64,000 nucleotides of DNA from Mizuhopecten yessoensis. Lineage: Eukaryota. This document shows, one piece after another, positions 1-12,389 of this stretch; within the stretch, counting starts at the first letter, position 1; each line of letters opens with the position of its first letter. The translations under genes and the position numbers were made by a program. Under the pieces are notes generated by a model. The model was not told the DNA's origin, made no database searches, and saw only the letters and a program-made list of their open reading frames with translations. The stretch spans positions 577,888 to 641,887 of the forward strand of contig NW_018405338.1 in the NCBI RefSeq assembly GCF_002113885.1, written 5' to 3'.

Positions 1-122
1 TACTGACATGATATACCACCTGTCTGTAGAGATCACCTACTGACATGCTACATCACCTGTCTTTAGAGATCACCTACTGACTTGATACATCACCTGTCTG
101 TAGAGATCACCTACTGACATGA
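1..122. repeat. 37-bp minisatellite, at least 3.3 copies, truncated by the window edge
   Basis: TACTGAC recurs at 1, 38, 75 and 112; unit approx. TACTGACATGATACATCACCTGTCTGTAGAGATCACC. Confidence 0.9.
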
Positions 123-924
123 TTGGTTTTTTTGATAACTTTGTGCTCAGTTTAATTTTCATATATGTTTTACATTTTCATTTTAATGATAGAAATTACA
201 ATTCTGTTTTTTGTGTGTAAAATACCCCCAAATGATTCTCTTCTGCTGGAGAGCTGGGAAGAGAAATAGCTGAATATCTGCAATATTGTTATGTTTTCCG
301 TGGTTTCATTGTGGCCTGCCTGGCTCTCAAATTGTACAGCTTTAGGCTATGTTTGAAATCAAAGTTGGAAGATAACTGCCTCCATAAATCTATTCATATA
401 TGCATATTGATTAGGACATTCCAATCTTTACCGAAAAAGACTGGTTTAGTCGTCCGGCTCTGTCTGGATGATACGTTATAGAAATTGCCTCTGCATATGT
501 CAATATTTGCTTTTACATGAAAAGAATCGGCACAGAGCTCTTCGATTGAGGATGTGAGCCATGTTGCGCAACGTTGTGTAAAAATCCAGTTTGATTTATA
601 GCTTCCTGCGACAATTGTGCGAGGAAAAACAATATTTGATATTAAAATAAGTATGCATTGTGACGGAAGAATATGTCACTATAAATTCAATATAACGGAA
701 GGGTCACTGAGTTCTGTATCAAATAACAGGATCGCTGATTCTGTTTGGTGCAGGACAACAGTTTTACCGCTCCTATCCCAGTGGGCAGTGCCGTGGTAAA
801 TTATCGGGGATGGGTGGGGTAAAGGCTAATGGATTGAAAACATTTTTGTCGTTAAAGCAGTTAGTTACATAGGACATATATAGCCAGGTGCTATAAATAG
901 ACATTATATGCTTAGGGTTTCATC

Positions 925-985
925 TGCTGGATAACTGAACTTTTCGGTAGTGAAGCGGACGTAACACCGCTCAAACAAACAAACA
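925..985 (+). mobile_element. SINE 3' tail remnant
   Basis: GCTGGATAACTGAACT...GGACGTAACACCGCTCAAACAAACAAAC; a similar tail at ~17098-17155 (GCTTGATAATAGAACT...GACATAAAAACACTCAAACAAATAA). Confidence 0.4.
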
Positions 986-1334
986 TATATGGTTATAGAG
1001 GACAGGAAACCATGAATTATTTAACTATATGCTTATTGTAAAGAATTATTTGTAGTGATCATGACTAGTCCCCTACTGGAGACTATGGGTCTGAAATGTG
1101 TCTGTCGATATTCTCTACGTTTTGTTAAAGAGTCATATAAACAATTATGATCCGCCATCGTGAGTTTGCGGACCTTTTTCTCCCACAACGTTCAGATAGT
1201 ATGTCTAGAAAACCAGTCTTGGGAATACATTATAAGATAGACCAATGAAATAACGTCCAGGGTGTTGCGCAATAGTGGATTACCAAAAATGTTTACCAAC
1301 TCATGACAGGAGACCTATAGTGGCTGTTGGGGGA

Positions 1335-1545
1335 ATGAATAATGTACCCAAGGGTGTAGAATTTTGGTCAGAACTGAGGCTTTGCTAAGGGGGATAAGGA
1401 AATTTTACTCGAGGGTGTAAATAAAGCCATAGTATTTACTTCTAACTCAAGCTTTGCCAAGGCTCTGATGCCAAATTCTACACCAGAGGGTAGTAACCAC
1501 ATCTTAAGTACATCCCTAACCATTGACTGTTATTTCTATCACCTC
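1335..1545. mobile_element. Degenerate palindromic (fold-back) interspersed repeat
   Basis: GGGTGTAGAATTTTGGTCAGAAC (~1352) pairs imperfectly with GCTCTGATGCCAAATTCTACACC (~1461). Confidence 0.45.
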
Positions 1546-1562
1546 ATGGCTGAAATTTGGGT

Positions 1563-1655
1563 TTAACTCATTCACTGACCTGAAGACACATTTAAACTCT
1601 TCCAATTCAAAGGTTGGAATAGTTCATTATTAAATTTTAAGGGTGAATGAGTTAA
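1563..1655 (+). mobile_element. TTAA-flanked micro-MITE family A (piggyBac-like)
   Basis: TTAA|CTCATTCAC...GTGAATGAG|TTAA; same internal sequence as five other copies in the window. Confidence 0.85.
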
Positions 1656-2368
1656 CAACATGTCAACAATACAAATGGAACACTCAATATTCCAAAATTT
1701 CTAAATAATATACACAGCAAAATGACCATATTTGGAAAATCTAAAGAAGCGTAACACAGTTTTTTGACAAGCTTATGCAATATTTCTTATGATCTTGAGG
1801 TGGTGTGTCGGTTTCTGATGTTTTGTTCGGCTTTTGATTGTGACATCACAATGTTATGTCGTGAGTTCCTTGTTATGTCATAAAAGGTAAAGGTCACTGA
1901 GTGCACGTATATGAATTTTCGTTCTAGGACATGTGTATGTTTTATGAATGGAGGAGGGAGAAAATTACTACTCCGCTTCTGTTTTCCTTATTCTCTATCC
2001 CCTTTGTTCTTTGATTCAAAATATTGTCTGAATCTTGTTTTCTATACTATTTCATCAAGAGTAACTAGATTAAATATGCATGTACATTATGGGATGACAG
2101 AGTGCTGCATACATAAGCAGGTCACTTTGACATAAATTTTGACCTTTGACCCCAAAATTGGAAAAAAGAAAATCAGGGACATATCTTTAATACTTTTAAC
2201 TTGGTTTTACTAAAATTGGAATGCAGATCATTTTTGAAAAATTCAACTGCATTATTTATTTTGTGGTTGAATCCTTCAGTGAAAAGTATGAAATTAACAC
2301 TGCCGTGAAAATTTCTTAGCATACACTCTAACGTTGTAAATCTCTATTGATGTTTGTATTGATATTTG

Positions 2369-2464
2369 CTAATCAATGTTTCTTTTCTTTTCATTCTAGG
2401 TAAGTGGGATCTTTTGAAGACTCCTAGTATGGGTTTTTGTGGATAATATTATAACTGTAAGTAT
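2369..2464 (+). other. Candidate recursive splice site (AG 2398-2399 | GTAAGT 2400) with 57-nt RS-exon 2400-2456
   Basis: Branch-like CTAAT 2369-2373, tract TTTCTTTTCTTTTCATTCTAG abutting GTAAGT, second donor GTAAGTAT at 2457; stops in all three frames. Confidence 0.7.
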
Positions 2465-2525
2465 TGTGTACAATGACCTTGTGGACGAAACCTGTGATCA
2501 CTCGGTTTTATTGCTCTGGTGCATT

Positions 2526-3019
2526 CTTAGTGTCGCCTGTGAAGCAATTAAAGGTGACTTTTTGGGATCACTGACGGCAGCTTTGTCATCCACATAATTG
2601 GTTTCCATGCGATAACTCCAAAAGGAATTATTGAAATTCATGAAGCATTTCTACACATACCTACAGTACCGATTACCTGCTCAAGTTCGATTTGGAATCA
2701 AATCTTGAAATTGACGTAGCCACATTCTGTGGAATTCCTGTTAACGATATTTGTTGTTGGTTGAAATTTACATCTAACATGTTTTGAATTTCTATCAGTT
2801 TCTTATCATTAGGACGACATCATCTAAGATTTGCACAAATGCTCAATCCTTTAGATTTGCATGGTTAGCTGTTATCTGTTATGGGTCTGTGGAACCATGT
2901 GATGGTCCATTGTTGAGATTATAAAATTCCATAAACGCTATTATGGGTAGTTATACAAATCTATCAATATCGCCAAAACATACCAAGTGAGCGCTGCAGG
3001 TCGCAGTGGCCTCTTGATT
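2526..3019 (+). mobile_element. HINE-like (non-autonomous Helentron) element, degenerate
   Basis: 5' TCTTAGTGTCGCCTG; 3' CAAGTGAGCG followed by a hairpin and CCTCTTGATT, the same end architecture as the 40083 element. Confidence 0.6.
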
Positions 3020-3099
3020 AATGAAATGGACATCTTGTATCAGAAGTATATGCTAGCTGAATCAGACATCGGGTATTATTGATATTTTTTTGAAAAAAT

Positions 3100-3457
3100 A
3101 CTTATAAGTGNGCCACCACAGCTGCCATTTTGGTAAACTATTTCAAACTTAAAGTAAAGATCTACTTGGCCGATTGAACTGAAACTTTGTAGGAATGATC
3201 GAATCATGGTCCTGACAAAGTGTTGTTATTTTTCGGGTCAATCAGAAATACAATTTGGCTGCCATGGCCGCTATTTTGCTACTAAGTTCTAATAGGCCGA
3301 TCTCACTTAAAATTGGTCTAGGAATGATCAGCTCATGGTCCTGACAAAGTTAAGTTAACATTATACTATTTTTTACTCAAATTGGTACATATTTCAACAA
3401 CAAAAATAAATACTATAGACTCAGGTGACCGTTAAGGCCCATGGGCCTCTTGTTTTT
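3100..3457 (+). mobile_element. HINE-like element, 3' part
   Basis: Internal repeat AGGAATGATC...TCATGGTCCTGACAAAGT x2; end CAGGTGACC + hairpin AGGCCCATGGGCCT + CTTGTTTTT. Confidence 0.7.
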
Positions 3458-4879
3458 TACAAAATCTTGAAGGAAATATTGACATTTTCATAACTCCTGA
3501 TTTGGTGACACAAATATTGTAAAATAAATTTCATTATTGCAACATTTTCTCAAAACACATTGTCTCTTATTAATGCTATGCTAAGGTGTTTATTTCTGAA
3601 ATTCATGATTTTATTAGGGATGAGAGCATATAGTGTTACTAATGTCTGTCCTGTTTTATTTCATGTCCATCATGTCAATCCTGTTCAGTCTTATGTCTGT
3701 CCCGTCTGATCATATGTCCGTCCCGTCTGATCTCTTGTGAGTCCTGTCCGATCTCTTCTCCGTCCAGTATCTCTCCGATCTCAACTCAGGTTCATAACTA
3801 TATTGTTTTCTTTATTCATTTACAAATTTTATTAACTTCATACAAAAGTAAAATATAGGAATATAGGAATACCTTGAACAAATTGTATTTCAGGTTTCTA
3901 AGGTCAGTGGTAAGGTCATCGTTACTATTTGTAGAAATTTGCCAACCAAGTCGGTTACGTCCCTCGCAACTTCTTTTCTGAAAGGATTTTGATGTAACGT
4001 GATGCAAGGAACAATTATTGGAATATCTCAAATGACTTGATTTCAGGGTTCTAATTCAAAATGTCAAGGTCACCATTGCTATTTATAGAAATTTGTGAAA
4101 CATTGACACTAATTTGCATGGGTTTTGGGGCATTCATATCTTGCAGAAATTTCCTATTATTCCTGAGGTTATGTCAAGGAAAGAACACTTTTGCACCCGT
4201 TTATTGTTATTATTATAAAGATAGAACTTCAAAACTCCCTGTGACATAATTGTATACATGCTAAGGGCTGAGAATCTAATTTCCGAGAGCTTGTTACCTA
4301 AGTTATCGATTGCTGAAATGCATTCCTCCCATCATTCATGATCCTGGGGAGACTTGCAATACACACATGTGCTTTTAAGATTTCTTTCCCAAAGTGGAGT
4401 CAATCCTGTTTATTGGAAAATTGGAATTCCTGCCTAGGCTGGCTTCTCCTCCTCCATGATAGTGTAATCAAATTTAATTACAAATAAATCAAAGCTCATA
4501 CTACAAACAGCTACGCTAAATGATTAAGTTTCATTTATCTATTTTGATTTGATTGCAAAAGAGGCGGAAAAAATTACGCGGCAACCATTGACTTCTGAAG
4601 TAATCCTGCAGTGTTTCTCAGCATAGCTTTTTTCTGTCTTTGATTTTGTCGAACTGCTTTTCTTTGAAGAATCGATCAAATTTATGTCGGGGAAATACAA
4701 GATGGTGCCGCGGTTCCTAATCAAGTGATAACGTTACTAGTACTAGAGGAAATTTCTGCTACCTCTATTACAATGTTTAATAATTAATTGAGAAATGTAA
4801 TTAAAATTGTAATTGGCAAAAATTAAAAGCAGGAATTTTAAGTTTTTTTCCCTTTTGTAATCCCATGCTTTGAACAAAG

Positions 4880-5290
4880 TTGGATTTTATAGTAAACATC
4901 TTATGCGTGTGTTTGTCCCCTGTCCTTGGCCACCGTTTCATGAATGGACAAACTTATTGTGTAGGTACGTAATGGAATGCGGCTGTATAGTAAATCATAA
5001 TTGGGACACTGTGACCTTAATTTGACCTTTGACCTTTGACATTGACCTCAATTACCAAACCATACAGGTTTGCAGAGCACATCTGAGTCAGTTTCAGATA
5101 TGGATTTCAGACTTGTTATGTAGATACAAAATGACAAGAAACCTTAAATAAGGTTATCACAACCAGATTTGACATTTTGACCTTTGATCTCAGATGCAGG
5201 AAATTGAATTTCCAAAGCATATCTTGGCAATTATGCTTCAAGTAGTTTGGACTTCAAAGTATTTTTTTGACCATACACCTTGACATCATG
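4880..5290 (+). mobile_element. Degenerate HINE-type remnant
   Basis: Repeated TGACCTTTGACC motifs typical of the internal repeats in the better-preserved copies; ends not defined. Confidence 0.4.
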
Positions 5291-5684
5291 TTCATCAAAT
5301 ACAACTTCCAGGCATCATCTCTGCCAAAGTTTATGCAGGGTGATCAATCAAACTAGGAGGGCAAACAACCTAATTCACCTAATTAGTCTTTGATTAGTAG
5401 CTCACCTGAAAATAGTGAAAATAACGTATGAATTATTGTATAACATGTAAGGTTTGTTGTGTACAAACATTTGTGGTTTTCCTGGACTACTGATTGGTAA
5501 AAAATCTATGAAATTTTGTGCCACACATTGATTAAAATGGTTCCTAATTAACCATGAAAGAAAAAAAATCTGAACATTTCATGTTATGCCGTAGTCAGTT
5601 TTGAGGATGCATGTCAAAGTGTTACCCGCATTAGGACAGTACTCTTAATGTGTTGGACAGGTGAAAGAAATAAAACCTTGTTCA

Positions 5685-5773
5685 CTAACCCTTTCACCTG
5701 AAGACCATAATGGACTCATCCAGATCAATGCATGGTAGAGTCTACTAAAGTTACACAGGGGTGAAAGGGCTAA
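5685..5773 (+). mobile_element. Micro-MITE family B (piggyBac-like) with CTAA target duplication
   Basis: CTAA|CCCTTTCACC...GGTGAAAGGG|CTAA; homologous to 13899-13989. Confidence 0.85.
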
Positions 5774-6909
5774 ACAAATGTTTTACTCTAAGTTTTCAGG
5801 TGAGGTTTATTGGATACGGAACAGTAGAATCCACGAGCTTGATTGACATTTAATCCTAGATAATGCCACATACACACAACTTGGAACGTCAATACGTAGA
5901 CGGTTTATGGCGGAATGTGTCCGAGTGTCGGAGGCTGTTAATTGTCTGGGATTTAGCGGTGTTAACTAATTGTGTTAATTGATTATAGGTGTCCGATGAT
6001 GGGCGGGCAGTGACAGACGGGTCCTGTCAGATCTAGGTCATCGGGTTGCTTGCTTATTGATTGGTCAATATTTGTACTGGTATGTTTGGGTGAGGATGTC
6101 GGGTGACAGAATTGAGCGGTCGTGCGATTGCAGTCAGTGTTTTTGCTAACTTTTTGAAAGAGGTTGTTGACTTGAAAAGAATAGCCTGTTGTACATTCAC
6201 ATGCTTTTAAGTTGACCTGTTGTTCTGAAAAAATAGTTGGATCATAGTTGTTGAATAGCAGGCTACATTGTATTTTAGCTGGCAACTGGCTTTTAAGGAA
6301 AACACTGTTCACATTGAATAATTAAGAAAGAATTTTAGCAAATTTTCACATTTAAACAAACACATGAATAAGGCAAACAGCATACTGGCAAACTTTCCCT
6401 ATTTTTGAGAGGGACTCCTGATTTTTGACCCATAAAATTTTAATATTTCCAACTTGGGAATTAGGTCCACTTTTCCTGTATTCTAAGATGTAATGATTTT
6501 ATCCGGAAGAACGACTGAATAGACAGCTTTTTAAAGTGTTAAAGAGGATGCAGCAAGAAATGAGACGGATTTGGCATCAGAGCTATGCCTGTGCTTAAAC
6601 ATTCCAACTCTAATTAGCAACATCAAACATATGTCGCAATTACCTTATAACGGTCATGCTTGTGTTGATTTCAAATTTGTTTCACTGAGAGTATTGTTAG
6701 AATTTATTGTATACACCGGGAAATGTTCGCCACAGGTTAACTTTAACTTTTATCCCCCTCTGTAATGAGGCTGAATTCATCACAGCAATGAAAATAAGTA
6801 CACAACAAAATATACATAATAATGGCAAAAATTTTCATCCATACATGCCCCTGTCATTTGTATAGGGGTGGGGATAGGGGCATATAGTGTCACCCATGTC
6901 TGTTCTTTC

Positions 6910-7126
6910 CCGCCGAGTCATTAAGGCGTCTGACCGTCTCAGATCACTAGCCTTTGCCACTGGATTAATGGTCTGAGGTTTACGTGGGGCTGTCGCCAGG
7001 TACTGGCCACAGATTGGCGGTAGTTTTTCCTGGACACTGCTGTTTTCCTCCACTACCAAAAACTGCAGTGGCACATCCATAAATGACCACAGCTATTAAA
7101 AGGACGAAAACACTAACAAAACAAAT
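6910..7126 (+). mobile_element. tRNA-derived SINE with V-like core
   Basis: A-box-like GCCGAGTCATTAAGG, core GGTAGTTTTTCCTGGACACTGCTGTTTTCCTCCAC, tail AAATGACCACAGCTATTAAAAGGACG + A/C-rich end; aligns by eye with 34432-34662. Confidence 0.75.
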
Positions 7127-7444
7127 TAGAAGAAAGTGAATATTTTAAGACAACTGGTCGAAGCAAGTCAACAAATGTTTTATAGCTTTTTCAAGTTAAA
7201 CATAAAATATAATACATGAAAATCAATAAAAAAAAGTACATGTAATGTGTTGTTATGCCCAATGACTTGCATTGGCAATGCATTTACCGGTTCTTGGGCT
7301 ACGTTGGTGTTTTAGCATTGGGACAGTTTATGAGATGTATGGGAATAGTGTAGATCTAGAGCTGGTATTGGCAAAGTATCTGACAATCCTAGCAGTACTT
7401 ATATAGCCATCAGGTATTGCACTTTTGTGGGAAAGTTTCACACA

Positions 7445-7489
7445 ATGCCGTCCTTTTCTGTAACATGGGTAAACGATTTAATGGAATCG
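7445..7489 (+). CDS. Candidate alternative first coding exon, MPSFSVTWVNDLMES, phase-0 donor
   Basis: ACAATGC start, in-frame upstream TAG at 7346, donor TCG|GTAAGT at 7490; a phase-1 reading (MGKRFNGI from 7465) is also open. Confidence 0.45.
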
Positions 7490-8279
7490 GTAAGTCGGTG
7501 GCATGGCGAAGACTTGGAACTCTGCCTTTGGCTGTACATTTGCCTGCCAAGGTAATGAGCTAGCAAAATGTACTCTTGTATGAAAGCATGCAAATACTAC
7601 TGACAGCAAATTCTTAACTCTAAAATCCCTACGGTATATAACCTTCCAACCAAATACGCTGTAGCAGACCAACAATCGGCACTGTACGCCTGGTGTTAGT
7701 AATCGTGTGCCGATTCGGTAACAGTATTGGTCCTTTGAGGCTTCATTGGAAACCATAAAAAAGAGGGATTTTTCTCGCAGTGTGATGGAATGGTAGGTTG
7801 TCTGTGTTTGGGGAAGATTTGATACAAGTATCTGAAGGTGAAGGTCACCTTCAATGTCGTACAGCTGTCCTCCGAGACCACAGCAATTATATAAAAGAGC
7901 ACATTTGATAGCCATGTCAGTGGTATGGTCACTCGGGTAAGCTGACATTTTGATGACTTAGGGACGACTTCCTGTCAACAGTTGTTAGTGTGGGTATAGC
8001 AGACGTCTCGTATAGTGCCTGGTGATTGGTCAGGACAGGATGAAGTTAGATAAAGGTCATACGGCTATGACTGCCGTAAGGTGAGATCACAGAAGGTTAT
8101 GCTTTGTTAAGGATCCCCGAATCACTATCAAAAACTACCTTTTGATTGAAAACTTCTTTCTGACGTGATTATTATAAGTGTTGATGAATAATTTCTGAAA
8201 AGAAGACCATACCTTGTAGACCAAAATGAAAACAATAAAGGTGATATTAAAAAAAAAAAGATTGATAATTGTGTTGGCA

Positions 8280-8400
8280 ATTTAAAAATACATTGAGGTA
8301 AGACCAGGATTTGACCGCTGGACTTTGATCATAAAACTGTTTCTCTAACAAATGAACCAACTGGGATCTTTAGAAGTTTCCTGGTTCTGTCCCACTACAG
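8280..8400 (-). mobile_element. Fragment of the tRNA-like-segment repeat family (see 13608)
   Basis: Reverse complement resembles the A-box/B-box segment at 13743-13810. Confidence 0.4.
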
Positions 8401-8467
8401 TAAATATCTAAAATAGAAACAAGCTAGAACTTTGGGAGTGTTTGTCTGCAGTAGGACAGAAAACCTG

Positions 8468-8513
8468 TTTTATTAGGGCCCCGTATCGGAGATAAGGGTG
8501 CCCTATATATAGT

Positions 8514-8550
<37 letters not shown>

Positions 8551-9368
8551 ACAATTTTTTTCCTGGCTAATAACTTCGTTATTTATTGACCGATGTACTT
8601 GAAACTTGGTCAAGATGTTCAGTTCACAAAAATACACATTGAGGTAAAAAGTCAAGGTCAAATGTCAAGGTCAATTTTTGCATCTTTTCACTGATGAACA
8701 TTTTGTTATGACATGATGAAGCAAAGTTGATCAGAATTAAACAAGGAGTCAACTGACCAAAGGTCAAGGTCACTGGGTCAAAGGCTAAGATTAAATTTTG
8801 AATATTTTCCCTGATGAACATTTTGTTATGACATTATGAAGCAATGTTGTTCAGAACTTAACACAGAGTCAACTGACCTTAGGTCCAGGTTACGGGGTCC
8901 AAAGGGTCAAGGTCAAGTTTTGTATTTTTCACTGATGAACATTTTGTTATGATATTAAGAAGCAAAGTTGGTCGGAATTAAAGAATAAGTCAACTGACCA
9001 AAGATCAGGGTCACTGGGTTAATGGTCAAGGTCATTTGGGTCCAAAGGTCAAAGACAAAGTGGATCTCTGAATTTGACCCTGGCTCTTGATGGAGGAGGT
9101 ATATAAGGTGAAATAAAACAAAGCAAAGCTAACAAATGAGTATTGCACCGGTATTTACATTCCTGTTAGCCCAGCAAATATGGAGGTGGAAGGAAACAAG
9201 ACTCACATCATAGTACATGTAAACTGTATATTTTGCTCCCTTGCGATTCTTTTTGAAGTCCAAATGTCAAACGTCAAGCTCAGCTATATTGGCAGATTGT
9301 TTCTTGATGATTATGGGGGATATATTGCCACAAGACGGGGCCCTTACTGACCTGTCAGTGTTCTAGTT
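8468..9368 (+). mobile_element. HINE (Helentron-associated, DINE-1/pearl-like) element, full length
   Basis: Subterminal inverted repeat AGGGCCCCGT 8475-8484 / ACGGGGCCCT 9335-9344, (CTGT)n microsatellite near the 5' end, three ~120-bp internal repeats, 3' hairpin ACTGAC-CT-GTCAGT, T-rich flanks. Confidence 0.85.
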
Positions 9369-9729
9369 CGGAACAAGATTCATTAGTTTGGTATGATTCT
9401 TTTTTAACCAATGCTGTCAAACAGGAAATATACAAAAATGAATGTCCAATGAATGCCCGACAGGTCACGAAGCATACGATACGCTTGACAGGGGAAGTTA
9501 CTCTGGGCCAGAAACACTCCTTTAGGTTGGGTCATCTTTGATATAAAGGGGAGAATACTCCAAGTCATTAAACTCTTGAGTGGAACTCTTCTGTGTGATT
9601 AAAAATGATGTAGTGGTACTATCTACCTTAAACACATGTTGTCTCTTCATATTAATATATCAGTCTTTCACAAAAGTCTGTTCTTGATTGGACTTCATGG
9701 TTTCTTAACATTTTGTTCTTATTCTGTAT

Positions 9730-9820
9730 TTAACTCATTCACCCCTGAAGACACATTTGAACTCTTCCAATTCAAAGGTTGGAATAGTTCATTATGAAAT
9801 TTCAGGAGTGAATTGAATAA
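9730..9820 (+). mobile_element. Micro-MITE family A
   Basis: TTAACTCATTCACCCCTGAAGACACATTTG...TTCAGGAGTGAAT; right end degraded. Confidence 0.85.
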
Positions 9821-10459
9821 ATTGATGAACAAGTACTTTTGAGAATTCTAGGTAGAAAGTTAATCAAATGTGACCGAACTCCTGTTATAATATTGATATT
9901 CATGAGATGTATTTCAATCTAATATATTACCTACATACATATGTATGGTCATCCAATATTCATAAACACATGCTGGTGCCCAATACAGTGGGGAAATTTA
10001 CGTCTACACGTGGAGCAGTGTTCTGTACACAGCCTTAGAGAGATTCACTCAGTGAATTGAATACATTTCCCGTACACTTTGATACAGAGTCCATTAACTG
10101 CTGGAGTGTCTCCGGGCAAGGATAAATTTGGTCATCTCGGTGTACTGGTACTCCGGAAACAGTGCATTGTGGAGAGATTGACGATGGGTTTGTTCAGGTC
10201 ATGCGGGGAAAACAAGGCTTTATTTTGGTTAAATATTCAGTTTGCTTTAAAAAGGAAACATTTAAGATGGAGTTGGGGTTTGAGACAGGATATATTCTGT
10301 TGTAGTAAGGGTCCATAATCTCGCTACTGATTATTCTGATGCTGGAAGAGAGCTCCTTCCTGTTTTAGCCACATGAAGTCGGTCCCAGATCCTACTTCTA
10401 CTAAAGTTAAAAGCTATACTTGTTGTTACTGAGCCCCACTCCCACTTCCCTAATTAACA

Positions 10460-11065
10460 CCACCCTTTTGTATACTCCCCTCTAATTCCACCTCGTTGCA
10501 AACTGATTCCCCTTTAATCTATCCTCATTGTTAACCTACTCCCCTCTAATCCCACCTCTTTGTAAACCGACTCCCCTCTAATCCATCCTCATTGTAAGCT
10601 TACCTCTCTAATCCCACCTCTTTGTAAGCTTACCTCTCTAATCCCACCTCATTGTAAACATATTCCTTTCTAATCTCACCTCATTGTAAGCCTACTCTCC
10701 TCTAATCCCACCTCATTGTAAGCCTACTCCCCTCTAATCCCACCTCATTGTAAACCTACTCCCCTCTGATCCCACCTCATTGTAAACCTATTCCCTTCTA
10801 ATCCCACCTCATTGTAAACCTACTCCCCTCTAATCCCACCTCATCGTAAACCTATTCCCCTCTAATCCCACCTCATTGTAAACCTACTCCCCTCTAATCC
10901 CACTTCATTGTAAACCTACTCCCCTCTAATCTCACCTCATTGTAAACCTACTCCCCTCTAATACCACCTCATTGTAAACCCACTCCCCTCCAACCCCACA
11001 TCATTGTTAACTTACTACCCTCTAATCTCATAACATTATACACCCACTTTCCTCTGATTCCACCC
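10460..11065. repeat. 32-bp C-rich minisatellite, ~18 copies
   Basis: Unit CCCACCTCATTGTAAACCTACTCCCCTCTAAT, period 32 (10803, 10835...). Confidence 0.95.
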
Positions 11066-12389
11066 CCATAATAATTTGACTTTATTACACATCAGTCCAT
11101 TGTATACATTACATTGTTACCCAACAATTTTAACCCAATAAAAAAATAACCAGCCTCCATTCTTAACCCTTCCGACACAATTTACATTTACCCCTTTTTA
11201 GCCCTACCCTACCTTCAATACCTTCACCCATCTTTGTAGCCCAAAAACAAAAGATTAAAACAATTCCCGCCCTCCGTACCCCTACGTGACCCGTATCTGG
11301 ATGATAGAGACACAGAGTGATCTCTCTTCCTCGAAAACCTTTTGAGTGTAATGTACACCCCTTTCTATCCTCCTCTTAAAACCATGACCCTTTTTAATCC
11401 CACTCCGTTGTGAAGCCCTGACCCTATCTAGCCCAAACCAGTATAAACCCTTCCTATTTTACTTCACCTAATTTTGCTCTGTCCTTTTTTTCCTTGTTAA
11501 TTAGTCCATCGCTTCCCAATACATTTTCTCCACAAATGTTACGTTAAATTATTAAAAAAAAAAATCTATGAAAATGATATAAAACTCTGAGCCCATCCCA
11601 CACCCATCACTAATTAGTAGACACTTTTGAATTTTTAAGGGATAAAGATATTCTTGTTGCTATTTCACAAGAAAAGAATCACTGAAATAAAACAAGTATT
11701 GAACTACTTTGGCCCTGATTTGGGCCAATTTAATTTTACTTTGACTGATTTACCTACATATTGATTAAAAAAGCCTCTTTATTTCTGTAGTTTTCCTTTC
11801 ACCATTTAGTGAAAACCTGCCAATAATTTTTCTTTTATTGTGTACTTTGTACAATTTTTTTCCAAAACGATGTAAGAAAAGAAGAGTTGTCTCCCTTATG
11901 CCAAGATTATCGCTATATCGCAAACTATGTTATATGACTTATATGTTATAGACTGTCACCATAGAAACAAGAATCTAGAACAGTTTGTTCTCAGAACCTG
12001 GTTATCGATTAAAGGCAGGTACACATATTGGATATAATATTTAAACAAAGTCGTTTAAGTTTATAGCAAAATTCAAATGTTAGGAGGAAGAAGGATTCCT
12101 TTTAATAAAAAGATGTTAAGAATATTACTGAATGAGAAACCATGATATTAAAAAGAATATAAATAATAAACAATAGCTGGTACTGTCAAAATCATTCAAT
12201 TTATGAAAACAGATAACAGTTTTAGAATGAGCTATTTTACCTGGAGAATATTTTTAAAATCAGTAATAAAAGATGATGGTGTCAAAATGTATCTCAGTAT
12301 CTCTTGGCTATATCGGTTATTAGTGTATATGCTAGTATGATGTGACCGTTGTTTCAATTTGAATCACCATATATATCTGCAATAAGAAC

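Noticed and set aside
617-799. ORF in a CpG-richer patch as another first exon
   Set aside because: Ends in TAA; the only nearby donor (TG|GTAAAT) is weak and not phase 0.
7478-7948. 156-aa minus-strand ORF
   Set aside because: No recognisable domain or splice context; length is compatible with chance in a GC-richer patch.
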